This document shows positions 43,931-57,273 of a stretch of 64,000 nt of DNA, one piece after another. Positions within the stretch are counted from its first letter, which is position 1. Each line of letters opens with the position of its first letter. The position numbers and the translations under genes were made by a program. This DNA is from Eledone cirrhosa (taxonomy: Eukaryota). The stretch spans positions 56,234,001 through 56,298,000 of the forward strand of contig OZ024749.1 in the NCBI GenBank assembly GCA_964016885.1, read 5' to 3'. The notes beneath the pieces are model-generated. The model saw nothing but the letters and a program-made list of their open reading frames with translations, was not told where the DNA came from and searched no databases.

Positions 43931-44562
43931 GGGTTTCCCCGAATGTTAATATATGTCTGTGTCAGTGTAGATTGGTTTATATTTAGACTAAGAGCATATC
44001 TTAGTTTTGCTGTCGCAATCGTCGTCATTGTTGTTAGGATGATGATGATGATGATGATGAAGAAGGAAGAGAGGCAGAGAGAGACAGATGTATATGTAGA
44101 GAGAGAGATAGAGAGACAGCGAGAGAGAGAGAGAGAGGTGGTGGGTGGTATGGTAACAATAAGTATACAAGATATACGGTAGGACGCAGTTACTGTTACT
44201 CAACTGTGCTTCGGTATTCATAGTGACACGGATTAGGATTAAAATATAAAATGTCTTTATCCAGGTTTTTTTATGAAATTACAAAGCCTCTTACTGAAAC
44301 AAAAACAATCACTAATCGACTATTTAACATACCGTTTTACAGCTGTGTGTATGTATATATATATGTATGTGTGTGTGTGTGTGTGTGTGTGTATACCCAA
44401 ACACACACACATGAATATATACACACACAAATACATATATAATACATTATATATATATATATATATATATATGAGTGAGAGAGAATATATTTTCATTTGT
44501 CTCTCCGTATTAGCGGTACTTATATTTCATTGTATCTCACAACTATCTTTATCTCTCTCTAA

Positions 44563-44618
<56 letters not shown>

Positions 44619-44894
44619 CATTTACTTTTATATATATATACACACACACACACTATATATATATATAATGTTGTCTGTTCTTTTACAATCATAGACATGA
44701 AATTATTACATCTACGTATAATATATATTCTAAATAGGTATTTGGCTCAAATAAATCGATTTAAATATATTCTCGTTATACATATCGATTATCTTTTGAT
44801 AGACTACATAAATTTAGATATATTTTTCAAGTACGAATTCCGTGTACAGACTAAGAATCCGTATGACAATATAGCTTGTAAGTCTCGTTATTAT

Positions 44895-45157
44895 GTCCAG
44901 CCAGCCGCAACGTGGTGCAGTCTGCGAGTAAACCAGGTTCTGCTACACGTCAGGCTGAGGAGGGCAAACTCTTCAAATACCAGTCGCTCTCCGATAGGTT
45001 TGCCGTTGTACCCTTGGCAGTGGAGGCTTCTGGTGTCCTCGGCCCTAGGGCTACCTCCCTATTCCCCACCATAGGCGCTGAGCTGGCCAGCCGCAGGTCT
45101 GAGATCGCGAGCTGGAATGGCTTTTCCAGCGCGTCTCACTTGCCGTCGTCCGGCAAT
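44895..45157 (+). pseudogene. CRE-clade non-LTR retrotransposon restriction-like endonuclease C-terminal fragment, frameshifted
   Basis: SASKPGSATRQAEEGKLFKYQSLSDRFAVVPLAVEASGVLGPRA, then in a shifted frame RELEWLFQRVSLAVVR. This matches the AE..K..KY..L....VP.A.E..G..G and L.QR.S.A..RGN pattern. Confidence 0.8.
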
Positions 45158-45218
45158 ATGATTGACCACCAATATGATTGACTGACTTGTCATTTTATCA
45201 GTCAGATGTTCTAATGAT

Positions 45219-45279
<61 letters not shown>

Positions 45280-45647
45280 GTTAATAGTTTTCGTATATCT
45301 TTGTATTTGCTTTGTATTTTATCAAATCCGCTCTGATAAAAGGCGTCCCAACAAGTAGTCTGTTGCTTTCAAGCTAAGCTACACGATTTTTTTTTTATTT
45401 ATTGTGTGGCTGTATTGAAAGTAAACCTTATCCCATGAAAACTGGGTATCGATTGCAGCCAATGATGCTGATCTGTTCTTTTGGAATCCTTGTCCCTATT
45501 GTTCAGAGAGTGAGATTGGTCCAGTCAAGGCCTTTCTTCAATTGAAAAAGCTTCAAGTACAGGCACCAATTGATGTAAGCGATTTTCACGCGTGTTCCAT
45601 AAGCATGGGCTTTTTTTCTTCTTTTCGCCGCAGTATATGCAGAAAGT

Positions 45648-45690
<43 letters not shown>

Positions 45691-45694
<4 letters not shown>

Positions 45695-45884
45695 AAATAG
45701 TATGACCCCGACGGCAGAGCTCAAGCCGTTTCGACTGGTATTTCTGGAGTCCAGAAATAGCCGTCGAAACGGCTTGAGATCTGCCGTCGGGGTCATACGT
45801 TTTCCTATTACCAACTCTACTACCATAAGTATTGAGTACTCTGGTGCGTTATGGTCCACCTGGTTCCTTACCACAACTCTTTCG

Positions 45885-45887
<3 letters not shown>
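45691..45887 (+). mobile_element. Foldback-tail family B, full copy
   Basis: Palindrome at 45691-45807. The right arm has GAAA-CGGC-ttgagatct-GCCG-TC. An 80-bp tail follows. (TA)n on both sides. Confidence 0.88.
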
Positions 45888-45917
<30 letters not shown>

Positions 45918-45921
<4 letters not shown>

Positions 45922-46088
45922 AAAAGAGTCGGGACCTCGACGGCTGAGCTCCGGCCGTTTCGACAGCTAGATTCGAACTCAGCCGTCGGGGTCCTGACTC
46001 TTTTCCTATTACCCAGTCTACTACCCTAAGTATCGAGTAATCTGGTGCGTTATGGTCCACCTGGTATCTTACCACACCTTCTTTGTTA
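45918..46088 (+). mobile_element. Foldback-tail family B, second adjacent copy
   Basis: Same arm and tail as 45691, with the right arm partly deleted. Confidence 0.85.
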
Positions 46089-46255
46089 TATATATACTGA
46101 CACCAGAAAATTTAATTTAACTATATATTAAATCTTTTTTTTTATTGCCATTTTGTATGCTATTTATTATAATCGATCGCCAAAAATTATTAACACATTT
46201 TTCAGTATATTTCGTTGAAATTATTAAACATCACACGCCCACACACACATACACG

Positions 46256-46290
<35 letters not shown>

Positions 46291-46504
46291 CTGTATACAG
46301 CGGAGATTCTTGAACAAGAATGTAATATTTTGATTACCTTCTTTCTTTTCCTGCTTTCATTCTTCTTAAAGGATCGTAGTGGTATGAAATAGACGTAGAA
46401 ATGAGTTATTTCGTTCCCTCTGTTTCGTTTTTATCGTATCGTTAAGATTTCTGAAAAGGAGGGGAGAGAGAGAGAGACATTATTACTTCTAGTAAGAAAT
46501 AGGT

Positions 46505-46865
46505 GAGAAATAGGTGAGAACTGAGAGAGAAAAACAGGAGAGAACTGAGAGAGAAAAATAGAGAACTGAGAAAGAAAAACAGGAGAGAACTGAGAGAGAA
46601 ACTGGATAGAACTGAGAGAGACATAGGAGAGAACTGAGAGAGAACTGAGAGAGACATAGGAGAGAACTGAGAGAGAAACAGGAGAGAACTGAGAGAGAAA
46701 CGGGAGAGAACTGAGAGAGAAACGGGAGAGAACTGAGAGAGGCAGGAGAGAACTGAGAGAGAAATAGGAGAGAACTGAGAGAGAAACAGGGGAGAACTGA
46801 GAGAGAGAAACAAGAGAGAAATAGAAGAGAACTGAGAGAGAGAGAAATAGGAGAGAACAGGGAGA
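46505..46865. repeat. Purine-rich minisatellite of about 22 bp (gagaactgagagagaaacagga)n
   Basis: About 16 variant units. Confidence 0.92.
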
Positions 46866-47259
46866 GAAATGAAGAAATGGTTAAAATAACCAGTGAGACG
46901 ATTCTGTGTTGAGAATCGAACGAAATACGGCGTGAAACGAGAGATACACGAATACACGAAAGAGAGAAATCTTTGAATGCTTCACTAGGAAAAGTTTTCA
47001 ATGGAAAGCATCTAAATGATAAAGCAGGGTGTAGCAAAGGTTGTTTTATTATTGGAATCTCCTAATATATAGCAATTACATGTGTGCGCACGCAGGCAAA
47101 GATTGCGCACGGGTTTTATTTGAAAGAGTTGCATTGGAGAAGTGTATAGAGCGAATTGAAAACAGTTGCACCCTTTGTCTGCAGGGTGATGCACGGTTTG
47201 TGGTCTCCATATTATCACCTCTTCACCATCATGTGTATTGCAATAACAACAACAATAGC

Positions 47260-48080
47260 AATATCAACAGCAATAACAACAACAGCAGTAGTAACAACAA
47301 CAGCAATAACAACAACAGCAGTAGTAACAACAACAGCAATAACAACAACAGCAGTAGTAACAACAGCAAGAATAACAACAACACGGTGAGGATTTAGTAG
47401 TAGAAGATAGACAACATCAACAGCAGTAACAACAACAACAATAACAGCAATAACAGCAGTAACAGCAGCAGCAGTAACAGCAGTAACAACAACAACAGCA
47501 GCAGTAACAACAACAAGACAACCATGTCGAGACTTTATTAGCAGGTGTAGGGTTTTGTGTTCGTACCTCACCACCAGCACCACCCCACACACTTAACCCG
47601 TCACCCCCTACATTCCTCGGCAGCATAGTGATGATGATAACACTGGTGGAGTTGGTGGAAGTAGTGACAGCAGCAGCAGCAGTGGTGGTGGTGGTGGTGG
47701 TATTGGTGGTATTGGTGGTGGTGGTGGTGGTGGTGGTATTGGTGGTGCTAACGGAACTGGTCGTAGTGGTACTCTTGTCGGTGATGATGGTGGTGGTGGA
47801 GGCGGTGGTGGTGGCGGCGATGGTGGTGGTGGTGATGGTGGTGGCGATGGTGGCGGTGGTGGTGGCGGCGATGGTGGTGGTGGTGATGGTGGTGGCGATG
47901 GTGGCGGTGATGGTGGCGGCGATGGTGGTGGTGGTGGTGGCGGCGATGGTGGTGGTGGTGATGGTGGCGGCGATGGTGGTGGCGGTGTTAATGGTGGTGG
48001 TACTGTTGTAGATAATGATGGTGGTGGTAGTTGTTACGGTACTGTTGTAGATAATGAAGATGATGATGATGGTGATGATG
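47260..48080. repeat. (AAC/AGC)n and (GGT/GAT/GGC)n trinucleotide tracts
   Basis: Direct reading of the sequence. Confidence 0.9.
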
Positions 48081-48275
48081 GAGGTATCTTCGGAGGCTGT
48101 AGCAGTCGTAAAAAAAAAAAATAGGAACAAACCTTTCACCCCACTCCCCACCCTTCCACTCCACCCCCAAACGGCTGTTGAAGATCTCACATATTTGCTC
48201 TGTCATTTAATTGACTTGGGAAACAATGATAAAAAATAAGTAAACAAATACACACACATATATATATATACACAT

Positions 48276-48319
<44 letters not shown>

Positions 48320-48485
48320 GGTGAGGTAAGACGTTCGTTCAGATATTGGAAATGGTAAAGAACACTGGATGTATATGTGTGTACGTGTATATATATATGT
48401 GTGTGTACGTGTATATATATATATGTTTTTCATTTATATGTATATACATATATATATATATATATACACACACATGTAAATATGC

Positions 48486-48542
<57 letters not shown>

Positions 48543-48568
48543 AGTACATCTATGTATGTGTGTGTGTG

Positions 48569-48601
<33 letters not shown>

Positions 48602-49089
48602 ATCTATCTCTCTCTCTCTCTACATATATGTGTGTGTGTACATTTAGCCACCCCTTATGAAAGGCAATGTTGTGCTGTGTTACGATATGTTATGCTGTGC
48701 AGTTATGCTATGTGCGTGTGACTGGGTCCTGATGCCCACGGTGATGGGAGTAGCAGTAGTAGTGGTGGTGGTGGCGGCGGTGGTAGGGGGGGGGGCGCAG
48801 GAAGAAGAGGGGAAAGGAGGTGTGTGTGTGTGCAGCGTTTCTTCCTTTGTGGAATCCATATAATTGGAACATGGAAGGAAACATGGATACAACAACAACA
48901 GCAACAGCAACAACAACAACATTGAAAAAAACCAACTAAAACTAAATATAATAAAATGTTAGAACAACAAATGTAAAAGTATAAATATGATCAACTGTAA
49001 TTAGAGAAAGTTTAGTTTTTTGGTTTGTTTCTTGTTTTTGTTTTTGTTTTTGTTTTTGTTCAGCTGTGAACTTTCCAGATGGCGGCAAT

Positions 49090-49740
49090 GATGTTGGTGA
49101 TGGTTGTTGTTGTTGTTGTTACTGATGGTGGTGGTGGGGGTGGCTGTGACTGTTGGTGCTGGTGGTTGTTGTTGTTGTTACTGTTGGTGATGGTGGTGGT
49201 TGTTGTGACTGTTGGTGCTGGTGGTTGTTGTTGTTGTTACTGTTGGTGATGGTTGTTGTTGTGACTGTTGGTGGTGGTGGTTGTGACTGTTGGTGCTGGT
49301 GGTTGTTGTTGTGACTGTTGGTGATGGTTGTTGTTGTTACTGTTGGTGCTGGTGGTTGTTGTTGTGACTGTTGGTGATGGTTGTTGTTGTTACTGTTGGT
49401 GGTGGTGGTGGTGGTGGTGGTTGTGACTGTTGGTGCTGGAGGTTGTTGTTACTGTTGGAAATGGTGGTTGTTGTTGTCGTTGTGACTGTTGGTGTTGGTG
49501 TTGGTGATGGTTGTTGTTGTTGTAACTGTTGTTGTTATTACAGGGGTGGTGGGGAAATGGTCTATTTGTTGTCAGTGGCGGTGATGAAGCGTGTTGTAGA
49601 TATTGTTGTGTTGGTAGTGTAGACTGTGGTTGTACCGTTGGTAGTGGGGATTGTGGTGATGGTGGTAGTGGGGATTGTGGTGATGGTGGTAGTGCGGATT
49701 GTGGTGGTGGTGGTAGTGGGGATGGTGGTAGTGGGGATCT
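49090..49740. repeat. (GTT/GGT)n-based minisatellite of about 30 bp
   Basis: ggttgttgttgtgactgttggtgctggt units. Confidence 0.88.
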
Positions 49741-49801
49741 GTTTTTGCTGTTGTTTCGCCACAAGTCGAAAATAATCGAACACACACACACACACACACA
49801 T

Positions 49802-49835
<34 letters not shown>

Positions 49836-49980
49836 GCATATGTACATTTTGAAGGGAAGGGAGGTAAGTAGCTAAATAAAAATAAAAAGCAACGAAGATG
49901 ATGTGAAATAGGTTCGTGTGTTTGTTGTTAGGTGTCATAGTTCATATTTATCATTTGTTTTCAACGATATTACCACCGTC

Positions 49981-50027
<47 letters not shown>

Positions 50028-50067
50028 CATATCTGCTGACCTTGTATTTATATATACATACACACAC

Positions 50068-50117
<50 letters not shown>

Positions 50118-50316
50118 ATATACATACACTCATATAACATATTTGTAAGTATTTCGTTATCTATTATATATTTAATGATGTTCACCTGCCATCAATCATG
50201 TCAGTCGTAGCGAAACTTCAAGATTTTCTAGAAACTTCTACAGAATAAACAGCCTACAATACAGTTTTATTCTTGAACCAAAATAAAAGGATAAGAAGAA
50301 AGAACAGAGCCTTAAC

Positions 50317-50389
<73 letters not shown>

Positions 50390-50619
50390 GCAAACAGCCA
50401 GATAGAGTGACAGATAGATGCAGAGGTAGACAGACATGTATATATTGTACTGAAGAGCAGGAATGAACACTTGGGTTTGAAACTAAGATGTTTCGTTTTC
50501 TTCTATGTTCTGTGTGCCGTCTATAAAAGTGAACTCGGAGACGCTATTTGCCATCTTCATATAAAAAAAGAGTGTGCATGTGAGTACATATATATATAAC
50601 TATTTCTACTTTTGGCACA

Positions 50620-50765
50620 AGGCCAGCAATTATTCTAGTGCATTACTGGTACTTTATTTTATCGACCTCGTAAGGATGAAAGGCAAAGTTAACCACGGCG
50701 GGATTTGAACTCAGAACGTAAAGGGCCATAACTCTATGCTGTAAAGCATGGTATCTGACGCTCTA
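50620..50765 (-). mobile_element. SINE S1
   Basis: Reverse complement of the consensus. Confidence 0.9.
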
Positions 50766-51025
50766 TAACGTCTTGTGAATGGATCAGGACTTGGTAGTTG
50801 GTGCGAATGAACATTTTTCCCGGTTGATGAGAAAAATGTTCTGTTTATACAAGCAGAACATTTTCGAAGTAGCTAAACTTCGAGAAAAATAATCAGTAAA
50901 AATTTGCACCTAGCCGAGTTAGGTAGGTGTTATCGTCTGTCGCCCAAAGGATCAACAATTCATATCTCTAAAATGAAGATTCTTGAATTTCAATGACGTA
51001 GTTAATATAGCTATAAATAAGTGAA

Positions 51026-51302
51026 GGCGAGTGGCTTAATGGTTAGAGAATTGAATCCGTAATCGTGAGGTTGCGGGTACGATTCCCGTAACGGTCGATG
51101 TGTTATGTCCGCGAGAAAGACACTTTATATTATTTCATGTCGCTCTTTCTGTCAAGAGGTACAACCTGATTTAGACACAAGACCAACAATTTTGGGGACG
51201 GAAAAGTCGATTAAATCGACCCCAGTGCGTTACAGGTACTATATTTTTTCGAAACTGTAAAGATGAAAGCCAAAGCTAACCTCGGTGTGATCTGAACTTA
51301 GA
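51026..51302. mobile_element. CORE-type SINE S2 head (+, 51026-51140) and diverged SINE S1 (-, 51168-51302)
   Basis: tggcttaatggttagag...ggtacgattccc for S2, and aagtcgattaaatcgaccccagtgcgttac for S1. Confidence 0.7.
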
Positions 51303-52721
51303 AAGCAAGAGAGAAAGTTTAATCTGAACTTAGAAGAGATAAGTTTTGTATGTGAGCGCGTGTCTTAGGGGTAAATAAACTGAAAACGAAAGGAACTAAA
51401 ATCAATATCTATGTATGCATGATGCATGTGTGTATGCACTAAGTATGCATATATGCATGTATTTATACATACATATATGCATCCATGTGTGCATCTATAT
51501 ACGCAGGTATGTATGCATGAATACTTGTATCTATAACATTTTCTGCAATGTAAATACACATACACACATAACATAATATAGATAAATCATAGATAACATA
51601 ACATAATATACATACACAACATACATACATAATATACTATATACACATAACATACATAGATAATATACATACATAATATACATTCAATCTTTAATCAAAC
51701 CTAACTCAACTTGTAATGAAATGTTTTTAATGTTGGCCTTTTTTTATTTGTCACATCTTTAGAATTATTTTGTTAAAATTTTAAAAATCTGCACTAGAAT
51801 CTTTTTTAAAATAAATAAATATAGAATCCTATATATTAATGACAATGTGTCGTTTCTCGTTTCTCCTCTCATTCCACACTCATCTATCCTCTCGTATTTC
51901 TCATTTCATTTCTTCCTATTTATACATCACTCCCATCCGTTCTTTTGGTGGAGGGGAGGTTTTTTTTTTTTAAAAAAGAAACCCTTACGACAATAATAGA
52001 AAAATTTCAAGTAAGGAATGCCGCCGTCTAAAAGCTGAGAACTTTCACTAAAGTTCTATAGAAATGTTGGAAGTTTATTCAGTTTCAATGGAGGAAAATA
52101 CAATGACATACCGTAAAGGTAGAAGAGATACGACATGAGAAGAAAGCGGAGGAGGAAAAAAATTAATAATAATAATAATAATCGATATTTTTTGCTTTTC
52201 CGTTATTCTATTTCTTCCCCACCCCCTCATTTACTTACACCCCCTACCACCACAATCCACCCCACCCCATCATAAAAATCGCATACATTATCCACTAGTT
52301 CTAATTCTTTATACGCATATGCACATATAAATATGTATATATAAGCATTTATTCTTCCATATATATATATATATGTGTATATATATATATGGGTGTAACT
52401 AAATGTGCATACATACACATATGTATATATGTAGTTAGATATGTATGCGTATATGTATAATACACGTACATAATATACATGCATGTTATGTATTTATGTA
52501 TAGAATATTAGAATATATTTTTTCGTGGAATTTTCTCTCAAAGATGTTCAAAAGTAAATGAGGGTACATCACTTTTTAATGTTTCTATCAAGGTAAGTGT
52601 TGGGATTAAATCTACTTACAATCGTAAAGACAAACAGCTCTTCTTTCTGTCTGAACTTCTTAAGCATCCCGATGTCGGTTTTACTTCCAGGCTTTAGTTT
52701 TAAGTGTTTCAAAGAGATTTA

Positions 52722-53150
52722 CCTTCAGAATTTTCTCAAAATTTTCTCTACTAAAAGAAATATACTCCTTGTTTCAGAACACGCGAGCTAGAATGGCGAG
52801 CCTGTTTATTAATCATTGATAGGGTTCTTCTTGTTGTTGTTATTGTTTAACTCCGTATATGGCCTAGTTTAGCAGATCCATTATAAAAAGTTTTTAAATT
52901 TTCAGTCGTGACTGAACCATTCTTTTGAGAATTTTCTTTCAGAATTTTCTCAAAATTTCTCTACTAAAAGAAATATACTCTTTATTCAGAATACGCGAAC
53001 TAGACTGGCTGGCCTGTTTGTTAATCATTGATAGAGCTGTTATTGTTGTTATTGTTGTTGTTATTTAACCCCATATAAGGCCTGGTTTAGTAGATCCATG
53101 ATAAAAACTTTAAAGTATTCCAGTCGTAACTAAGCAGTTCTTTTGAGGAT
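52722..53150. repeat. Diverged tandem duplication of about 213 bp
   Basis: ttcagaattttctcaaaa..tctctactaaaagaaatatactc...ttaatcattgatag...cagtcgtRact occurs twice. Confidence 0.9.
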
Positions 53151-53869
53151 CTTTCCGAAAATATTATCAACCTACCCTTTTCTCTAAACTTCAAAGCCAA
53201 TACAACACACACACACACATGTCAGGCCACAGACGATGTCTCTCTCCTATCATTTCCAGAAGCTTTAAATCAACCAGGCCAAACAAAGGAAAAAAAACAA
53301 CGGCGAACCTTTAAACAACAAAGCACGAACACCGAGCCAGATTTATTTTTCATTATAGTCTTCTGACAAAGGGTTTTAGATCCGAAATATTAGGACAAGT
53401 AAAATGAAATAACAAGTGACACACCAACATCTTTGTGGCCTTCAGTTATGCATAGTTGTAGCCTTCAAATAACATACTGCCCCACCCACTTTTTCCCCTT
53501 TATCATTATTGTCCAATGAGTTATATAAATTCTATTTTCAAAGTACGTACGTACATACATACATACATACATACATACAGCTTTATAACAAAATATATTT
53601 CAGCTCCCTGTCAAACAACAGGTGACGAATGTTATTGAACTGAAGACAAATGTGATCAGTTGGAGTCACACATCCGGTGTTAAGTATATGTTGACAGAAT
53701 AGAGTTCTAATTGTAAGGAAATGAGACACACAATGAAGATAAAGAGGTGAGGGAGAGGGCTAGATAGAGAGAGTGGGAGAGGGGTAGATAGAGAGTGGGA
53801 GAGAGAGGGGAAAGGAGTGAGAAAGAGATATATAGAGGAAGAATCGATCCATTGTTAGACTGGTACAAG

Positions 53870-54330
53870 GGCGGTGGATTGGCATTTTGCCTTTCATCCT
53901 TACGGGGTCGATAAAATAAAGTACCAGTAATGTACTGGGTAATTGCTGGCCTTGTGCCAATAGTAGAAACAATTATCTGTAGAGAGTCGGACACCATGCT
54001 ATGCAACATAGAGTTACGGCCCTTTATGATCTGAGTTCAAATCCCGCCGAGGTTAACTTTGTCTTTCATCCTTACGGGGTCGATAAAATAAAGTACCAGT
54101 AACGTACTGGGGAAGATTTAATAGACTTTTCCCTCCCCAAACATTGCTGGCCTTGTGCCTATATTAGAAATCATTATTAGACTGGTACTTTTTTGTTATC
54201 GACCTCGAAAGGATGAAAGTCAAAGTTGACCTCGGCAGGTTTTGAACACAGAACACACAAGAGAGAAGCTACTACAGTATAAGGCGCAGCGTTCTATCTG
54301 ACGTTCGTACGACTCTGCCAATTCGCCATC
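53870..54330. mobile_element. SINE S1 cluster: two + copies (53870-54175) and one older - copy (54181-54330)
   Basis: Conserved central domain in each copy. Confidence 0.85.
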
Positions 54331-54811
54331 TTGTGGTTATAAATAGTGCAGCCAAATTGAAATAGATGTAGAGAGTGAAAAGAATGTTAGTAAGATATTA
54401 GCAAGTAATTTCAGGTAAATCAGAGAAAATATGATAAAGGGAATATTAATTCACCGACAAGAAACTATTTACACCATGTTGACATGAAATTATTTCACCT
54501 TTATTCATATATATGTGTGTGTGTGTGTGTCTGTGTGTTGGTGCGTTGGTGAATGTATGTGTGTGTGTGTGTCTGTGTGTTGGTGCGTTGGTGAATGTAT
54601 GTGTTTGAGGATGTGTATGTGAGTGCGTGGTGGAGAATGTGAATGCTAGCGTGGGAAAATGGACGTTAAACGTTGATGATGATGATCTTTATGGGTGTGT
54701 GTGTGTGTGTGTGTGTGCGCGTGTTTGAGAATGTGTGTGTGCGTGTGTGGGTGTTAGCAATACCGATTTTTACATGTCCAAACATAATCAATATTTAGTC
54801 TCCTTAGATGT

Positions 54812-54863
<52 letters not shown>

Positions 54864-55045
54864 GTCTATACATACAGGTGTGTATGTATATCACTGCATA
54901 CACTAACCCACGCCTCCAAAGCAATTATATATTGTTAGACTATATTTAACATAAAAATAGTTTAGAGTAAACACTATATATATATGTGTGTTCACATGCA
55001 TACACATATATGTATGAACACATATATATGGTGTTTACTCTAAAC

Positions 55046-55133
<88 letters not shown>

Positions 55134-55134
55134 C

Positions 55135-55170
<36 letters not shown>

Positions 55171-55811
55171 CAAATCAAACCCTCAAATATATCTTTATGT
55201 ATATCAACCATTATCGTATACATTATATTTATCAATTCTTCCTTACAGAAATAAACGAAACATTATCTCAGACGATGTCAGACCATTGAATTTACTTGTT
55301 TGTGTCAACTTTCTCATATCAAAGCTAAACTGAAGTCGGAACAGACGTCTGGGGATTGGCTTCAAATGATATCTTTTTCTCTCCCTTTTAAATATATTTC
55401 ATCTGTAAAATATCGATCGCCTTAATGCTAAATAAGTCTGGTTCATTCAAAGGAAAGAATTTCGTTTGTGAACGCCACCTGGGAGTCTGGGGGGATAGTT
55501 CATCAAACACAGGAAAAGTTCTCTTGATCTATCAAATGTTTATAGCAGAAGAGAATTTCAAATATTTTACTTAATAGCAAGCTTTTTAAAAAATATATTT
55601 TATAGGTGATATATAGAAAACTTATGACGTGTGCTGTACAAACATAATATACAACAGGAATTAAACTACTGGTAAATTGAATCTCAGGAACTGGTTTCGA
55701 TTGTCAGTAAATGTTACTTTCACTTAATGCTCTTTACAACCCTTATTTACACAGTTTGTTTCCCTTACAAAATAATACAGAGCTTATTTTTTTACCCAGA
55801 AAGGTTGCGAA

Positions 55812-56080
55812 GTGGCAAAGTCGTTAGAACGTCGGGTAAAATGTATTACAGTATTCATTTCTGCTCTCTGAGTTCAAATTCCGTCGAGGTCAGCTTTCAA
55901 CTTTGCCTTTCACCCATTCCAAGTCCATAAAAAAAAAGTACCAGTAACGTACTGGGTCGACTTAATCGACTTTCCCGCTCCCCAGATTGGACAGAGTGCA
56001 AAGTTGTCCTTGGCAGGATTTGAACGCAGAGACCTGAAACGAATACTATAAAACATTCTATCACCTTCTACCAATTCGCC
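55812..56080. mobile_element. Diverged SINE S1 (+) and a partial (-) copy
   Basis: gagttcaaattccgtcgagg...gtaccagtaacgtactgg for the + copy, and ggatttgaac for the - copy. Confidence 0.75.
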
Positions 56081-56812
56081 GTCTGTCTCCCCAGATTAAC
56101 GTATGTAAAAACAAAGCAACATGTCAAACATACATGTACGGTTTCTGGACTCTACTTGTCGAACTGCTCGCAAGTAGCGACAGACTGAAGTTTTTGAACT
56201 TCGATATTTACCTTAACTAGCAGAAAAACCCCCCTGCGCGTGGTTTTCTGCTAGCATGTGTAGTGTGTATATTGATATTATACACAGGTATATATACATG
56301 TAGATACGATACATCAAATAAAATCGTAATTGACAATATATAATACAATTGAACGAAGACTGTATTACAGTGTCTTATGTAATCAGTAACGTAATCCATG
56401 ATACATTAAAAAAAAGACGATATTATATATAAACTGCATTAGGAGAAAATTAGTATGTTTATTTAAGTGATCGCCAACCGGAAGTGTTGACATTTCAGAA
56501 ATTTTAAAGAAGTGAATAGCTAAATAAACAAAATATATTTAATCAATAGCCACGAAATTTAGTAGATAAATTATGTAATATTCATTCATTATTTATTCAA
56601 AGTAATCCAACTTATTTTACTAATGGGATAAAAAAAAATATAAACCGCACGCAGTCCCACGCTCCTCCCTTTATTATAGTTTAGATTGTCTAACGCGATT
56701 CTCTCTCTTTGCCAATAACGAGGGAGACTCGGCTGCTATTTCTAACAGGTCCAGTGACCACATAGAGGCTTCGTTGTTGGTTTGCTGATAATCCAATACC
56801 GTATTCATTCAG

Positions 56813-56860
<48 letters not shown>

Positions 56861-56864
<4 letters not shown>

Positions 56865-57038
56865 CGAGTAGGACCCCGACGGATGAGCTCAAGCGTTTCG
56901 GCGGCTAATTCTAGCCGTCGGATCGGCTTGAGCTCAGCCGTCGGGGTCCTACTCGTTCCTATTACCCACTCTACTACCCTAAGTATTGAGTACTTTGGTG
57001 CGTTATGGTCCATCTGGTTCCTTACCACATTTCCTTCG

Positions 57039-57041
<3 letters not shown>
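56861..57041 (+). mobile_element. Foldback-tail family B copy in (TA)n
   Basis: aacgagtaggaccccgacgg...ccgtcggggtcctactcgtt plus the family B tail. Confidence 0.88.
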
Positions 57042-57089
<48 letters not shown>

Positions 57090-57122
57090 CAATTACGATT
57101 TTATTTGATGTATCATATCTAC

Positions 57123-57160
<38 letters not shown>

Positions 57161-57168
<8 letters not shown>

Positions 57169-57268
57169 AATGGCTTCTAGAAGCCATTTCTATATTGAAT
57201 ATTTATACTCTGCTATGTATTGAGTACCTTACTTACTGTGGTTACCCCCGATTGAACCCGGGATAAAC
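57161..57268 (+). mobile_element. Foldback-tail family A copy
   Basis: Perfect 36-bp palindrome aatatagaaatggcttctagaagccatttctatatt plus the tail. Confidence 0.88.
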
Positions 57269-57273
57269 ATATA

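Noticed and set aside
50451-50510. CTGAAGA...GAAAC as a hammerhead
   Set aside because: There is no convincing helix II pairing between the two core strands.
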